A program made the position numbers and the translations under genes. From contig JAUWZC010000001.1 in assembly GCA_030615565.1 (NCBI GenBank), positions 1 to 37,272 of the forward strand: DNA of 37,272 nt. The letters are read 5' to 3'. Source of the stretch: Desulfobacteraceae bacterium. GTDB taxonomy: Bacteria > Desulfobacterota > DSM-4660 > Desulfatiglandales > B25-G16. Below, one piece after another: positions 1 to 8,459 of this stretch (its first letter is position 1; each line of letters opens with the position of its first letter). The notes under the pieces are model-generated. The model searched no databases and was not told the DNA's origin. It saw nothing but the letters and a program-made list of their open reading frames with translations.

Positions 1-34
1 TGCAGGATTTTTTCCGAGAAAGGAGGCACGGCTA

Positions 35-130
35 GGAGAGGTACCGAAGTGGTCGTAACGGGGTCGACTCGAAATCGATTTGTCTCGTTAAGAGCGAGGC
101 ACGTGGGTTCGAATCCCACCCTCTCCGCCA
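35..130 (+). tRNA. tRNA-Ser (anticodon CGA), class II with long variable arm, CCA encoded
   Basis: The acceptor 5' GGAGAGG pairs with CCTCTCC, followed by discriminator G and CCA at 128-130. The anticodon stem is GTCGA/TCGAT with loop CTCGAAA (CGA at 70-72). A long variable arm and the T-loop GGTTCGAATCC are present. Confidence 0.9.
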
Positions 131-132
131 GG

Positions 133-165
133 AAATTTAACCCCCGATAAATCGGGGCTAAATTT
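133..165. repeat. Palindromic hairpin directly trailing tRNA-Ser (AAATTTAACCCCCGAT-AA-ATCGGGGCTAAATTT)
   Basis: A near-perfect inverted repeat starts 3 nt after the CCA. The same element recurs at 458-490, and a shortened version (GAAATCT-AAT-AGATTTC) sits at about 288-304. It may act as a terminator or processing hairpin. Confidence 0.6.
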
Positions 166-246
166 CACAATTAGCTTATGGCTGTAAGCCTTTTGGAATA
201 ATTAAATACAACTACAGATTCTTATTTCTAAAATATAACAAATAAT

Positions 247-358
247 GCTATATGCCAAAGGCTAAAGGCCAAATGTATTCCGCCAGGAAATCTAATAGAT
301 TTCACAAGTAGCTTATAGCTAAAGGCTAAAAGCCAAATGTATTCCGCATAAGCGGAAT
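247..358. repeat. tRNA-less copy of the tRNA-Ser repeat unit (upstream flank fused to CCGCCA plus downstream flank)
   Basis: GCTATATGCCAAAGGCTAAAGGCCAAATGTATTCCGCC runs straight into CCGCCAGGAAAT..TTTCACAAGTAGCTTATAGCTAAAGG. This is the sequence that precedes and follows an intact tRNA-Ser, but the tRNA body is missing. Confidence 0.6.
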
Positions 359-361
359 TAT

Positions 362-455
<94 letters not shown>

Positions 456-457
456 GG

Positions 458-490
458 AAATTTAACCCCCGATAAATCGGGGTTAAATTT
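458..490. repeat. Second copy of the tRNA-trailing palindromic hairpin
   Basis: AAATTTAACCCCCGAT-AA-ATCGGGGTTAAATTT, in the same position relative to the CCA as 133-165. Confidence 0.6.
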
Positions 491-576
491 CACAGTTAGC
501 TTATAGCTAAAGGTTTTTGATACTTTTAGATAATTTAACAGACTATTATTAGTTTGCTCCAGGCGGAAAAAATAAA

Positions 577-660
577 GCTATATGCCAAAGGCTAAAGGCC
601 AAAAGTATTTCGCTTTTGCGAAATCATGGAGAAATGGAGTGGTGGATAAATGGTACATAT
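577..660 (+). pseudogene. Third copy of the tRNA upstream flank followed by a degenerate tRNA-Ser 5' fragment
   Basis: GCTATATGCCAAAGGCTAAAGGCCAAAAGTATTTCGCTTTTGCGAAATCATGGAGAAATGGAGTGGTGG parallels 311-380 (..ATTCCGCATAAGCGGAATTATGGAGAGATGTCCGAGTTGG). No cloverleaf can be completed. Confidence 0.4.
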
Positions 661-709
661 AAAACAAGCGCAATACTCCAGCACTCCAATAATCCAATAA
701 TAATTCATT

Positions 710-2278
710 ATGCCTTACGAAGTTTTTGCCAGAAAATGGAGACCTCAGATATTTGAAGAGGTTATAGGTCAGGAACACATAACAGGGACTCTTAAGAATG
801 CCTTGGTATCTGATCGATTAGCTCATGCTTATCTATTCAGTGGCACACGTGGTGTAGGGAAGACATCGGTTGCCCGAATCTTTGCAAAGGCCCTTAATTG
901 TCGAGATAGGCAGGAGGGAAATCCCTGCAACAAATGCAATTTATGTATTGAGATAACCAATGGTTCTTCTGTTGATGTCCAGGAGATTGACGGTGCATCA
1001 AACAGGGGAATTGATGAGATACGAAATCTTCGAGAAAATATAAGGTACCTCCCTTCTAGTGGCACTTATAGAATATATATCATAGATGAGGTTCATATGC
1101 TGACCCTCCCTGCATTTAATGCATTGCTAAAAACACTGGAAGAACCGCCAGAGCATGTCAAATTCATGTTTGCTACAACAGAACCCCATAAGATACCGGT
1201 AACTATACTATCACGATGTCAAAGATTTGATTTTAAAAGGATACCCCTAATAAAAATAGAAGAGCAGATTAAAAGGATAGTTCAAAAAGAGGGGATAAAG
1301 ATAAGCGATACAAGTATTTCTATTCTATCAAGGGAGGCTGAAGGCAGTATGCGGGATGCAGAAAGTCTTCTCGATCAGGTTGTCTCCTTTGCCGGACCCA
1401 ATGTTGAGGATGAGCAGATAATGGAAGTCCTCGGAATAATAGATAGGGCTCTTATCTATAAGACATCACAGGCTATAATCGATGGCAACAGCAAACTATG
1501 TCTGGATATAATTGATGAGATATATAATTACGGCTACGAGATTAAAGAATTTTACAGAGAAATAATGGTACAATTTCGAAATTTAATCGTTTCTCTCGTA
1601 TCTCAAGACCCTTCTCAAACTATGGATTTACCTGATAACGAGTTGAAAGAAACAAAAAGACAGGCAAAAGAGGCAGGTCTGGAAAGGCTTCTTCAATCAC
1701 TGAACTTCCTGATCAATAGGGAAGTAGATCTTCGCTATACAAATAATCCAAGGATTGCACTGGAGGCAATTTTACTTAAGCTTTCAGGACTTAAAGAATA
1801 TCTTTCATTTGATGAGTTAATAAAGAAGATAGAAGATATAGAAAAACGACTCAGTAAATCTACTCAAATAGTCCATAATAAAAACCTGGAAACAACTGTA
1901 GTCAAAGAAAAATATCCAGATAAAAAAACCTTTCCAGATGATGGTAAGAAATGGAGTGAATTTTTGCGCTACCTAAATACTAAGAATAAGGCAATGGCCA
2001 ATGTACTAAAGAAATGGAAATCTTATGCTCTTACTCCAGACAGCCTGGAATTACCATATGGAGAAGGATCATTTACAGGAGGCTATTTTGAAGACCCTGA
2101 GCACTCTGAGCAGTTGATTGCCTATGCCCAGAATTTTTTTCAATCAAACTTTAAGGTTGTATTTATAAAGCAGAATGAGCCCAAGGATTTAAATAAAAGC
2201 TCAAAGGAAGATAGATTGCCTAGCCAGGTAAAGGATATAATCGATGTATTTGAAGGCAGGATAGAAAGCTTAGATTGA
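710..2278 (+). CDS. dnaX: DNA polymerase III subunit gamma/tau
   Basis: 522-aa ORF with N-terminal FARKWRPQIFEEVIGQEH, Walker A GTRGVGKTS, zinc module CRDRQEGNPCNKCNLC, Walker B YIIDEVHML and SRC motif LSRCQRF. Confidence 0.95.
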   Translation: MPYEVFARKWRPQIFEEVIGQEHITGTLKNALVSDRLAHAYLFSGTRGVGKTSVARIFAKALNCRDRQEGNPCNKCNLCIEITNGSSVDVQEIDGASNRGIDEIRNLRENIRYLPSSGTYRIYIIDEVHMLTLPAFNALLKTLEEPPEHVKFMFATTEPHKIPVTILSRCQRFDFKRIPLIKIEEQIKRIVQKEGIKISDTSISILSREAEGSMRDAESLLDQVVSFAGPNVEDEQIMEVLGIIDRALIYKTSQAIIDGNSKLCLDIIDEIYNYGYEIKEFYREIMVQFRNLIVSLVSQDPSQTMDLPDNELKETKRQAKEAGLERLLQSLNFLINREVDLRYTNNPRIALEAILLKLSGLKEYLSFDELIKKIEDIEKRLSKSTQIVHNKNLETTVVKEKYPDKKTFPDDGKKWSEFLRYLNTKNKAMANVLKKWKSYALTPDSLELPYGEGSFTGGYFEDPEHSEQLIAYAQNFFQSNFKVVFIKQNEPKDLNKSSKEDRLPSQVKDIIDVFEGRIESLD

Positions 2279-2355
2279 GATACAAAGAAAGTTAAAAATG
2301 GGCTAAAAGCTAAGATTATTTAATTTATTATCTTTAGGCGCTTTAGGTACTTAAA

Positions 2356-3609
2356 ATGCACTACTTCGTTTATAAAAATGATGATCTTTACTGTGAGAAT
2401 GTGCCAATAGCAGATATAGCAGAGCAGATTGGAACACCTTTCTATCTTTACTCCTATGCCACAATAACAAGGCATTTCCGGGTTTTTGGAGATGCTTTCA
2501 ATGACTTGGACCACCTCACCTGCTTTTCTGTAAAATCCAACTCTAGTCTTGCTATACTTAGAATTTTTGCCTTACACGGGGGAGGAGCAGATGTCGTTTC
2601 AGGCGGGGAACTATTTCGAGCTCTGAGAGCAGGGATTGCACCTGATAAAATCGTATATTCAGGCGTTGGAAAGACACTAGAAGAAATGAAATTAGCACTT
2701 AATTCAAATATTCTTATGTTTAATGTAGAATCAGACCAGGAATTGCAACTCCTGAATATAACAGCTAAAGATATGGGTTGTAAGGCAACAATAGCCATAC
2801 GTATAAATCCTGAAGTGGAACCAAAAACGCATCCTTATCTTGCTACTGGGCACAGCGAAAATAAGTTTGGCATACCACTAAAGGACTCTTTAAACACATA
2901 CGAATCAGCCAAGCAGTTGGAAAATATCGATGTAAAAGGCATATCTTGTCATATAGGGAGCCAGCTTACAGATATTGATCCCTTTTTAGAGGCCTTAAGA
3001 AAATTAAAAGACATTTTAAAAGAATTAACAAAAATGGCATTCGATATTAAGTTCCTTAACCTGGGAGGCGGTCTCGGGATAACCTATAGTAATGAAAAAC
3101 CACCTCATCCTTTAGAATATGCAAAGGCATTAAAGGAGATAATAAGAAAAGATAACATCACCCTTATCCTTGAACCTGGCAGGGTTATTATTGGTAACGC
3201 TGGCATTCTGGTCACAAGAGTCCTCTATACTAAATCAACGAAAAATAAGAGGTTTATTATTGTGGATGCTGGGATGAATGACTTAATCAGGCCTACCCTC
3301 TATAATTCTTTTCATGCCATACAGCCGGTAAAAATGACTCACTCGGAAATGTTAGTAGCTGATTTAGTAGGTCCTGTTTGTGAAACTGGGGACTTCTTTG
3401 TTAAAGATAAGAAAATGCCACCATTTAAATCAGGAGATTTAGTAGCTATAATGAGTGCAGGGGCCTACAGTTTTTCTATGGCCTCAAACTACAATTCTCG
3501 CCCCAGGCCTGCAGAGGTGATGGTTAAAGGAAAATTATTTTCCTTAATCAGGTCAAGAGAAACATATAATGATCTTATCCATGGAGAGGTGTTTCCCAAA
3601 TTTCTTTAA
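2356..3609 (+). CDS. lysA: Diaminopimelate decarboxylase
   Basis: 417-aa ORF with PLP-lysine region FSVKSNS, GGGLGI, EPGRVIIG and GPVCETGD, typical of the Orn/DAP/Arg decarboxylase fold. It is clustered with dapB and dapL. Confidence 0.92.
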   Translation: MHYFVYKNDDLYCENVPIADIAEQIGTPFYLYSYATITRHFRVFGDAFNDLDHLTCFSVKSNSSLAILRIFALHGGGADVVSGGELFRALRAGIAPDKIVYSGVGKTLEEMKLALNSNILMFNVESDQELQLLNITAKDMGCKATIAIRINPEVEPKTHPYLATGHSENKFGIPLKDSLNTYESAKQLENIDVKGISCHIGSQLTDIDPFLEALRKLKDILKELTKMAFDIKFLNLGGGLGITYSNEKPPHPLEYAKALKEIIRKDNITLILEPGRVIIGNAGILVTRVLYTKSTKNKRFIIVDAGMNDLIRPTLYNSFHAIQPVKMTHSEMLVADLVGPVCETGDFFVKDKKMPPFKSGDLVAIMSAGAYSFSMASNYNSRPRPAEVMVKGKLFSLIRSRETYNDLIHGEVFPKFL

Positions 3610-3645
3610 AAAAATAATATTTTAATTTTGAAATAGGAGAAAAAA

Positions 3646-4464
3646 ATGATAAAGGCTGTTGTTGCCGGTGCTGCCGGTAGGATGGGTGGAAGAATCATTC
3701 ACATGATTCAAAAAAGCGAAGAGATAGCCTTATTGGGTGCCTTTGAGAAACCAGATCACCCTGAAAACAATAAGGACGTAGGGGAGATTGTTGGTCTTGG
3801 AAAGATGGGCATTGACCTTAAAGCTGATATCAGCGATGTAATGAAAGATGCGGATGTATTAATTGATTTTACTACACCAGAAAGCACCTTACATAATATC
3901 CGTTTTATTGCCAAGAGCGGTCAGGCAATGGTGATTGGTACTACGGGTATAACTGGGGAAAAGGAAAAAGAGCTAAAGCACCTTGCTCGAAAAATAAGAT
4001 GTGTTTGGTCTCCCAATATGAGCGTAGGGGTTAATGTGTTATTCAAAGTAGTTGGAGATCTATCTATGATTCTCAGTAAAGACTATGACATGGAGGTAGT
4101 TGAAGCCCATCACAGGCTAAAAAAAGATGCCCCAAGCGGCACAGCAATGCATCTTGCTAAAATTCTGGCTGATACAACCGGTAGAAATCTCGAGACAGAT
4201 GCTGTCTATGAAAGAAAGGGTTTTATTGGTGTCAGGACTGAAAAAGAGATTGGCATTCAATCTATAAGGGCTGGTGATATAGTAGGGGAGCATACGGTTA
4301 TTTTTGCTGGAACAGGAGAAAGGATTGAGATTACTCACAGGGCACATAGCAGGGATAATTTTGCAAAGGGTGCATTGCTTGCAGCTACATGGGTTGTTAA
4401 GCAATCGAATGGTCTATATGATATGCAAGATGTATTGGGATTGAGAGAGAAGAAAAATGTTTAA
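3646..4464 (+). CDS. dapB: 4-hydroxy-tetrahydrodipicolinate reductase
   Basis: 272-aa ORF with nucleotide-binding VVAGAAGRMGG and the DapB signature EAHHRLKKDAPSGTA. An AGGAG RBS lies upstream. Confidence 0.95.
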   Translation: MIKAVVAGAAGRMGGRIIHMIQKSEEIALLGAFEKPDHPENNKDVGEIVGLGKMGIDLKADISDVMKDADVLIDFTTPESTLHNIRFIAKSGQAMVIGTTGITGEKEKELKHLARKIRCVWSPNMSVGVNVLFKVVGDLSMILSKDYDMEVVEAHHRLKKDAPSGTAMHLAKILADTTGRNLETDAVYERKGFIGVRTEKEIGIQSIRAGDIVGEHTVIFAGTGERIEITHRAHSRDNFAKGALLAATWVVKQSNGLYDMQDVLGLREKKNV

Positions 4465-5620
4465 ACTTGCTGAAAGAATTAAACAGTTACCCCCTTACCT
4501 ATTCAAAGAGATTGACCAAAAGAAGAAAGAGATAGCAGCAAAGGGGGTGGATATAATCGACCTTGGTATAGGTGACCCTGATCTCCCTACCCCACCTAAA
4601 ATTGTAGAGGCCATGGTACAGGCTGTACGAGATCCGGCCAATCATCATTACCCCTCCTACTCTGGGATGGATGATTTTAAGACCGCCATTGCAAAATGGT
4701 ACGAAGATAGATTTTCAGTCAAACTTGATCCAGAAACTGAGGTAATTGCCCTGATAGGCGCAAAAGAAGGGATAGCCCATATTGCCCTGGCATTTATAAA
4801 CCCAGGTGATCTTGCTCTCATTCCTGCCCCTGCTTACCCAGTGTATAATAGTGGTACCCTTTTTGCGGGTGGAAGGCCATATCTCTTACCCCTTCTTAAA
4901 GAGAATAATTACCTGCCAGATCTTGCCTCCATTCCAGAAGAAGCCACCAGAACGGCCAAAATGATATGGCTCAATTATCCCAACAACCCAACAGCAGCCG
5001 TGGCTGATAGGGATTTTTTTGAAGCTGTTGTCAAATTTGCACATAAATATCAAATAATAGTATGCCACGATCTTACCTATAGCGAAATCGCCTTTGATGA
5101 ATACAAACCTATGAGTCTGCTTGAAATAAACGGAGCCAGAGATATAGGTATAGAATTTCATTCCCTATCAAAATCATTTAACATGACTGGATGGAGGATC
5201 GGCTTTGCCGTGGGAAGCAGGGAAGCCATTAAGGGATTAGGTTCAATAAAAAGTAATATTGACTCCGGCCTTTTCCAGGCTATTCAAGTAGCTGGTATAG
5301 AGGCCCTCAAAGCAAACAAAGAAAATATTTTAGAGATAAAGAAAACCTATGCCAGAAGAAGAGATATTATGGTCAAGGGATTGAGGGATTCCGGTTTCAA
5401 GGTAAATCCACCGAGGGCAACATTTTATCTTTGGGTCCCAGTACCTAATTCCTATACATCAGTGAATCTAGCAACAAGGCTACTACAGGAGGCTGGTGTG
5501 GTAGTAACGCCAGGTAATGGATTTGGTTATCCTGGCGAAGGCTATATAAGGCTGGCATTGACAAAGGATGAGAGCCGCCTCTTAGAGGCCACTGAAAGGA
5601 TAAAAAGTATTGGACTTTAA
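4457..5620 (+). CDS. dapL: LL-diaminopimelate aminotransferase (class I PLP aminotransferase)
   Basis: 387-aa ORF with N-terminal LPPYLFKEID, the PLP-lysine motif SLSKSFNMTGWRIG and NYPNNPT. It overlaps the dapB stop by 8 nt. Confidence 0.85.
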   Translation: MFKLAERIKQLPPYLFKEIDQKKKEIAAKGVDIIDLGIGDPDLPTPPKIVEAMVQAVRDPANHHYPSYSGMDDFKTAIAKWYEDRFSVKLDPETEVIALIGAKEGIAHIALAFINPGDLALIPAPAYPVYNSGTLFAGGRPYLLPLLKENNYLPDLASIPEEATRTAKMIWLNYPNNPTAAVADRDFFEAVVKFAHKYQIIVCHDLTYSEIAFDEYKPMSLLEINGARDIGIEFHSLSKSFNMTGWRIGFAVGSREAIKGLGSIKSNIDSGLFQAIQVAGIEALKANKENILEIKKTYARRRDIMVKGLRDSGFKVNPPRATFYLWVPVPNSYTSVNLATRLLQEAGVVVTPGNGFGYPGEGYIRLALTKDESRLLEATERIKSIGL

Positions 5621-5628
5621 TCAGTCAA

Positions 5629-5912
5629 GTGGCCCTTTAATGGTTGGCAAAACTGGGGAAGATTTCGGTTAAGTAAAACGGTTACGGTTGCGCAACTCGT
5701 ATCGGTTTTCGTATAGCGTTTATTGACGAAGTCAATACTGTTTCAGGCAAAGTTGGACAAAATTAAGCCAGCGCAAGGAGAACCGCAAACGCGTGACGGT
5801 AGACGAAACGAGACTTCGACGAGCTCAGTCGAGTCGCAGCGCAACCGAATAACTAATGACAGATGCCTCAAACAAGGATATGGCTAACATTATAAACAAA
5901 AAGGGGGCCACC
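5629..5912. other. G+C-rich structured intergenic element bounded by inverted repeats (candidate ncRNA or MITE-like insertion)
   Basis: There is no ORF of 60 aa or more. Terminal GTGGCCCTTT (5630-5639) is complementary to AAAGGGGGCCAC (5900-5911). A nested long-range stem pairs CGGTTGCGC (5685-5693) with GCGCAACCG (5839-5847). Internal hairpins are TATTGAC-GAA-GTCAATA (5721-5737) and GACTTCGAC-GAGCTCA-GTCGAGTC (5812-5835). By hand count, 5681-5850 is about 49% G+C against about 40% in the flanks. Confidence 0.45.
5848..5861 (-). repeat. Heptamer repeat pair TGTCATT-AGTTATT (read on minus strand)
   Basis: The plus strand reads AATAACTAATGACA. This is the same (T/A)GTCATT family as 13606-13633 and 29453-29540. 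Confidence 0.5.
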
Positions 5913-5923
5913 ACCTAACAATC

Positions 5924-6433
5924 ATGGACAGCACCATAGCATATATCGGTATAGGGTCAAACCTGGGGGATAAGTCCTTCAATTGCAGGTATTCTATAGA
6001 TAAAATAAACCAATTACCAGGATGCCATGTGAGTGCAGTTTCAGCAATATTCAAAACAGAGCCAGTAGGTGTTACTGGACAGCCCTGGTATGCAAACTGT
6101 GTTGTTGAGCTTTCAACTACTCAAGTCCCATCTCAATTATTAAAGGGGCTTTTATCAGTAGAATCTGATATGGGTAGAATAAGAAAAAAAAGCTGGGAGG
6201 CCAGAATAATTGACCTGGACATACTTCTGTTTGGTCAAGAGATAATAGAATCTAATAATCTGATAATCCCCCATCCATTGCTGCACAAAAGGCGGTTTGT
6301 ATTAGAACCTCTAGTCCAATTAGCACCTGACCGCGTACATCCTGTTTTTAAATTAACCATAAGGGAGCTGTTGAATAAATTACCAATCCCGCCATGCGGC
6401 GGGACTGTCGAAGTACTAAAGGAGGAATCATGA
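5924..6433 (+). CDS. folK: 2-amino-4-hydroxy-6-hydroxymethyldihydropteridine pyrophosphokinase (HPPK)
   Basis: 169-aa ORF with [17 protein letters not shown] and the W[12 protein letters not shown] signature typical of HPPK. Confidence 0.9.
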   Translation: MDSTIAYIGIGSNLGDKSFNCRYSIDKINQLPGCHVSAVSAIFKTEPVGVTGQPWYANCVVELSTTQVPSQLLKGLLSVESDMGRIRKKSWEARIIDLDILLFGQEIIESNNLIIPHPLLHKRRFVLEPLVQLAPDRVHPVFKLTIRELLNKLPIPPCGGTVEVLKEES

Positions 6434-7071
6434 AATTTTTTATTGACACGGCAAATATCCAAGAAATAACAAAGGCCAATCAATTAGGTGTATTAGATGG
6501 TGTAACTACCAACCCTACACTGGTAGCAAAAGAGGGAAGAAGATTTGAAGAATTAATTAAAGAAATATGCAATATAGTAAATGGCCCAGTCAGTGCAGAG
6601 GTAACAAGTGTTCGAGCAGAGGGCATGGTTAAAGAGGCACGACACTTGGCAAAATTTGCTGATAATATAGTAGTAAAAATCCCCATGATAACTGAAGGGA
6701 TTAAGGCCACCAAAATACTATCAAAGGAAAATATCAACATCAATGTAACACTGGTATTTTCACCCTTACAGGCGCTGATAGCAGCCAAAGCAGGTGCTAG
6801 CTTTGTTAGTCCCTTTATTGGTAGGCTGGATGATATAAGTAGCGTCGGTATGGGAATAGTAGAGGATATAGTAACCATATATGAGAATTATGGATTTGAA
6901 ACAGAGGTTATTGTGGCAAGCATCCGCAATCCTATCCATGTTTTAGATGCAGCCTTGATTGGAGCACATATTGCCACAATCCCTTTCAAGGTGCTCATCC
7001 AATTAACCGAACATCCTCTCACCAAGATCGGGTTAGATAAATTTTTAGCGGATTGGAAGAAAATGGGGTAA
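6430..7071 (+). CDS. tal: Transaldolase / fructose-6-phosphate aldolase family (short type 3B)
   Basis: The product starts [13 protein letters not shown] and contains GVTTNPTL and VVKIPMI (Schiff-base Lys region). GGAGGA at 6421-6426 serves as RBS. The ATG overlaps the folK stop (ATGA). The longer ORF from 6394 would overlap folK by 40 nt. Confidence 0.9.
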   Translation: MKFFIDTANIQEITKANQLGVLDGVTTNPTLVAKEGRRFEELIKEICNIVNGPVSAEVTSVRAEGMVKEARHLAKFADNIVVKIPMITEGIKATKILSKENININVTLVFSPLQALIAAKAGASFVSPFIGRLDDISSVGMGIVEDIVTIYENYGFETEVIVASIRNPIHVLDAALIGAHIATIPFKVLIQLTEHPLTKIGLDKFLADWKKMG

Positions 7072-7075
7072 ATAA

Positions 7076-7663
7076 ATGTCTCTCTGCAAATTGGTCTTAC
7101 CTGTTACACTTATTGTTATACTTTTTTCCACCTCTTCTTTAAAATATGCAGGGGCAGATATCTATCGATTCAAGGATGAAAACGGGGTCTGGCATTTCAC
7201 CAACATTCGATCAGACACACGCTATCGTCTTTATATAAAGACAGGAAGATTAAGGGGAAAGCAATATATTACAAATTATGATACTATAATTCAGAGGGCA
7301 GCAAAACAATTCGGTGTGGACTCCCACCTTATAAAGGCCATTATCATGACGGAATCATCTTTCGATCCCAATGCGATCTCTAAAAGTGGGGCTCAAGGCC
7401 TGATGCAACTGATGCCACCCACTGCAAACGATATGGAGGTAAATAATCCCTTTGATCCAGAAGAAAATATTTTTGGCGGTACAAGATATCTTAGCTTACT
7501 TCTCAAAAAGTTTAAACAGGATAAAAAATTAGCTATAGCTGCCTATAATATTGGTCCTTCAGTTGTGTCTAACCACAATTCTGTCCCTCTTATACCTCAG
7601 ACCAGGCGCTTCGTTGAGAAGGTTATGAGATATTATAGGGAATTTAAAAAACATGGGAATTAA
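7076..7663 (+). CDS. Exported lytic transglycosylase (DUF4124-like N-terminal region plus SLT domain)
   Basis: 195-aa ORF with a signal-peptide-like N-terminus, IYRFKDENGVWHFTN, the catalytic ESSFDPNAIS motif, GAQGLMQLMP and AAYNIGP. Confidence 0.8.
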   Translation: MSLCKLVLPVTLIVILFSTSSLKYAGADIYRFKDENGVWHFTNIRSDTRYRLYIKTGRLRGKQYITNYDTIIQRAAKQFGVDSHLIKAIIMTESSFDPNAISKSGAQGLMQLMPPTANDMEVNNPFDPEENIFGGTRYLSLLLKKFKQDKKLAIAAYNIGPSVVSNHNSVPLIPQTRRFVEKVMRYYREFKKHGN

Positions 7664-7674
7664 GGCCTTTAATT

Positions 7675-8232
7675 ATGAAAAAAAATCAAGGCCAAATAAA
7701 TAATCTGCCAAATACTCTAAGTGTTATTAGGCTGGTTTTAATTCCGGTAATTGTTATATGCCTGTATTTTCCTGGAAGATTGGGGAGTTTCTTAGCTGCT
7801 CTCTTTTTCGGGCTGGCCGCTATAACAGATCTTCTGGATGGTTTCTATGCCCGGAGACACAAAAAAATTACCTCACTGGGCAAATTTCTTGATCCCTTAG
7901 CCGACAAATTACTGATCTCGGCAACTATGATCATGCTCATAACCCTGAACAGGATCCCTGTCTGGGTTGTTATTTTAATTATTGCAAGGGAAATGGCAGT
8001 AACAGGGTTAAGGGGTATTGCTGTGGTAGAAGGTATAGTTATTGAGGCAAGTTCCCTTGGAAAATACAAAACAATATTTCAGTTAGTTTCCCTCATATGT
8101 CTCTCACTGCACTACGAGTATTTAGGAGTCGATTTCCATATAGTTGGAATGACCTTTCTTTGGGTTGCTTTGATACTAACTATGTGGTCTGGATGGTCAT
8201 ACTTTCGAATGACCAAAAAGATACTATCCTAA
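7675..8232 (+). CDS. pgsA: CDP-diacylglycerol--glycerol-3-phosphate 3-phosphatidyltransferase
   Basis: 185-aa polytopic membrane ORF carrying the CDP-alcohol phosphotransferase motif DLLDGFYARRHKKITSLGKFLDPLADK. Confidence 0.92.
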   Translation: MKKNQGQINNLPNTLSVIRLVLIPVIVICLYFPGRLGSFLAALFFGLAAITDLLDGFYARRHKKITSLGKFLDPLADKLLISATMIMLITLNRIPVWVVILIIAREMAVTGLRGIAVVEGIVIEASSLGKYKTIFQLVSLICLSLHYEYLGVDFHIVGMTFLWVALILTMWSGWSYFRMTKKILS

Positions 8233-8280
8233 AAAACCTTGACATTTTTTTTAAGAAGTAGTAGGGAATTTTAAAAAATA

Positions 8281-8356
8281 GCGGGAATAGCTCAGTTGGT
8301 AGAGCATCACGTTGCCAACGTGACGGTCGCCGGTTCAAGCCCGGTTTCCCGCTCCA
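8281..8356 (+). tRNA. tRNA-Gly (anticodon GCC), CCA encoded
   Basis: The acceptor GCGGGAA pairs with TTCCCGC. The D-loop is AGCTCAGTTGGTAGAGC. The anticodon stem is TCACG/CGTGA with loop TTGCCAA. The T-loop is GGTTCAAGCCC. Confidence 0.92.
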
Positions 8357-8362
8357 AAAAAG

Positions 8363-8438
8363 GGCGGCATAGCCAAGTGGCTAAGGCAGCGGTCTGCAAA
8401 ACCGTTTTACACCGGTTCGAATCCGGTTGCCGCCTCCA
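8363..8438 (+). tRNA. tRNA-Cys (anticodon GCA), CCA encoded
   Basis: The acceptor GGCGGCA pairs with TGCCGCC. The anticodon loop is CTGCAAA and the T-loop is GGTTCGAATCC. It lies 6 nt after tRNA-Gly. Confidence 0.9.
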
Positions 8439-8459
8439 ATAAAAACTAGAATACAATTT

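Noticed and set aside
578-778. 66-aa minus-strand ORF across the tRNA-flank repeats and the dnaX start
   Set aside because: It is built from repeat sequence and overlaps the dnaX 5' end. It has no RBS and no recognisable motif.
2279-2355. Lysine riboswitch upstream of lysA
   Set aside because: The spacer is only 77 nt and AT-rich. It has no multi-stem architecture and is far shorter than an L-box (about 180 nt).
5629-5912. Specific identity as 6S RNA, given the linkage of 6S RNA to a folate gene in E. coli
   Set aside because: A long closing stem and folate-gene adjacency are suggestive. I cannot place the conserved central bubble or any family-specific sequence, so only a generic structured-element call is kept.
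6394-6429. Longer transaldolase ORF starting at 6394
   Set aside because: It would overlap folK by 40 nt. The ATG at 6430 has a GGAGGA RBS and yields the canonical [10 protein letters not shown]-terminus.
8427-8459. N-terminal extension (MPPPIKTRIQF) of the M23 peptidase ORF
   Set aside because: These codons overlap the 3' end of tRNA-Cys (8363-8438). The next in-frame ATG at 8460 gives a normal N-terminus followed by a TM anchor.
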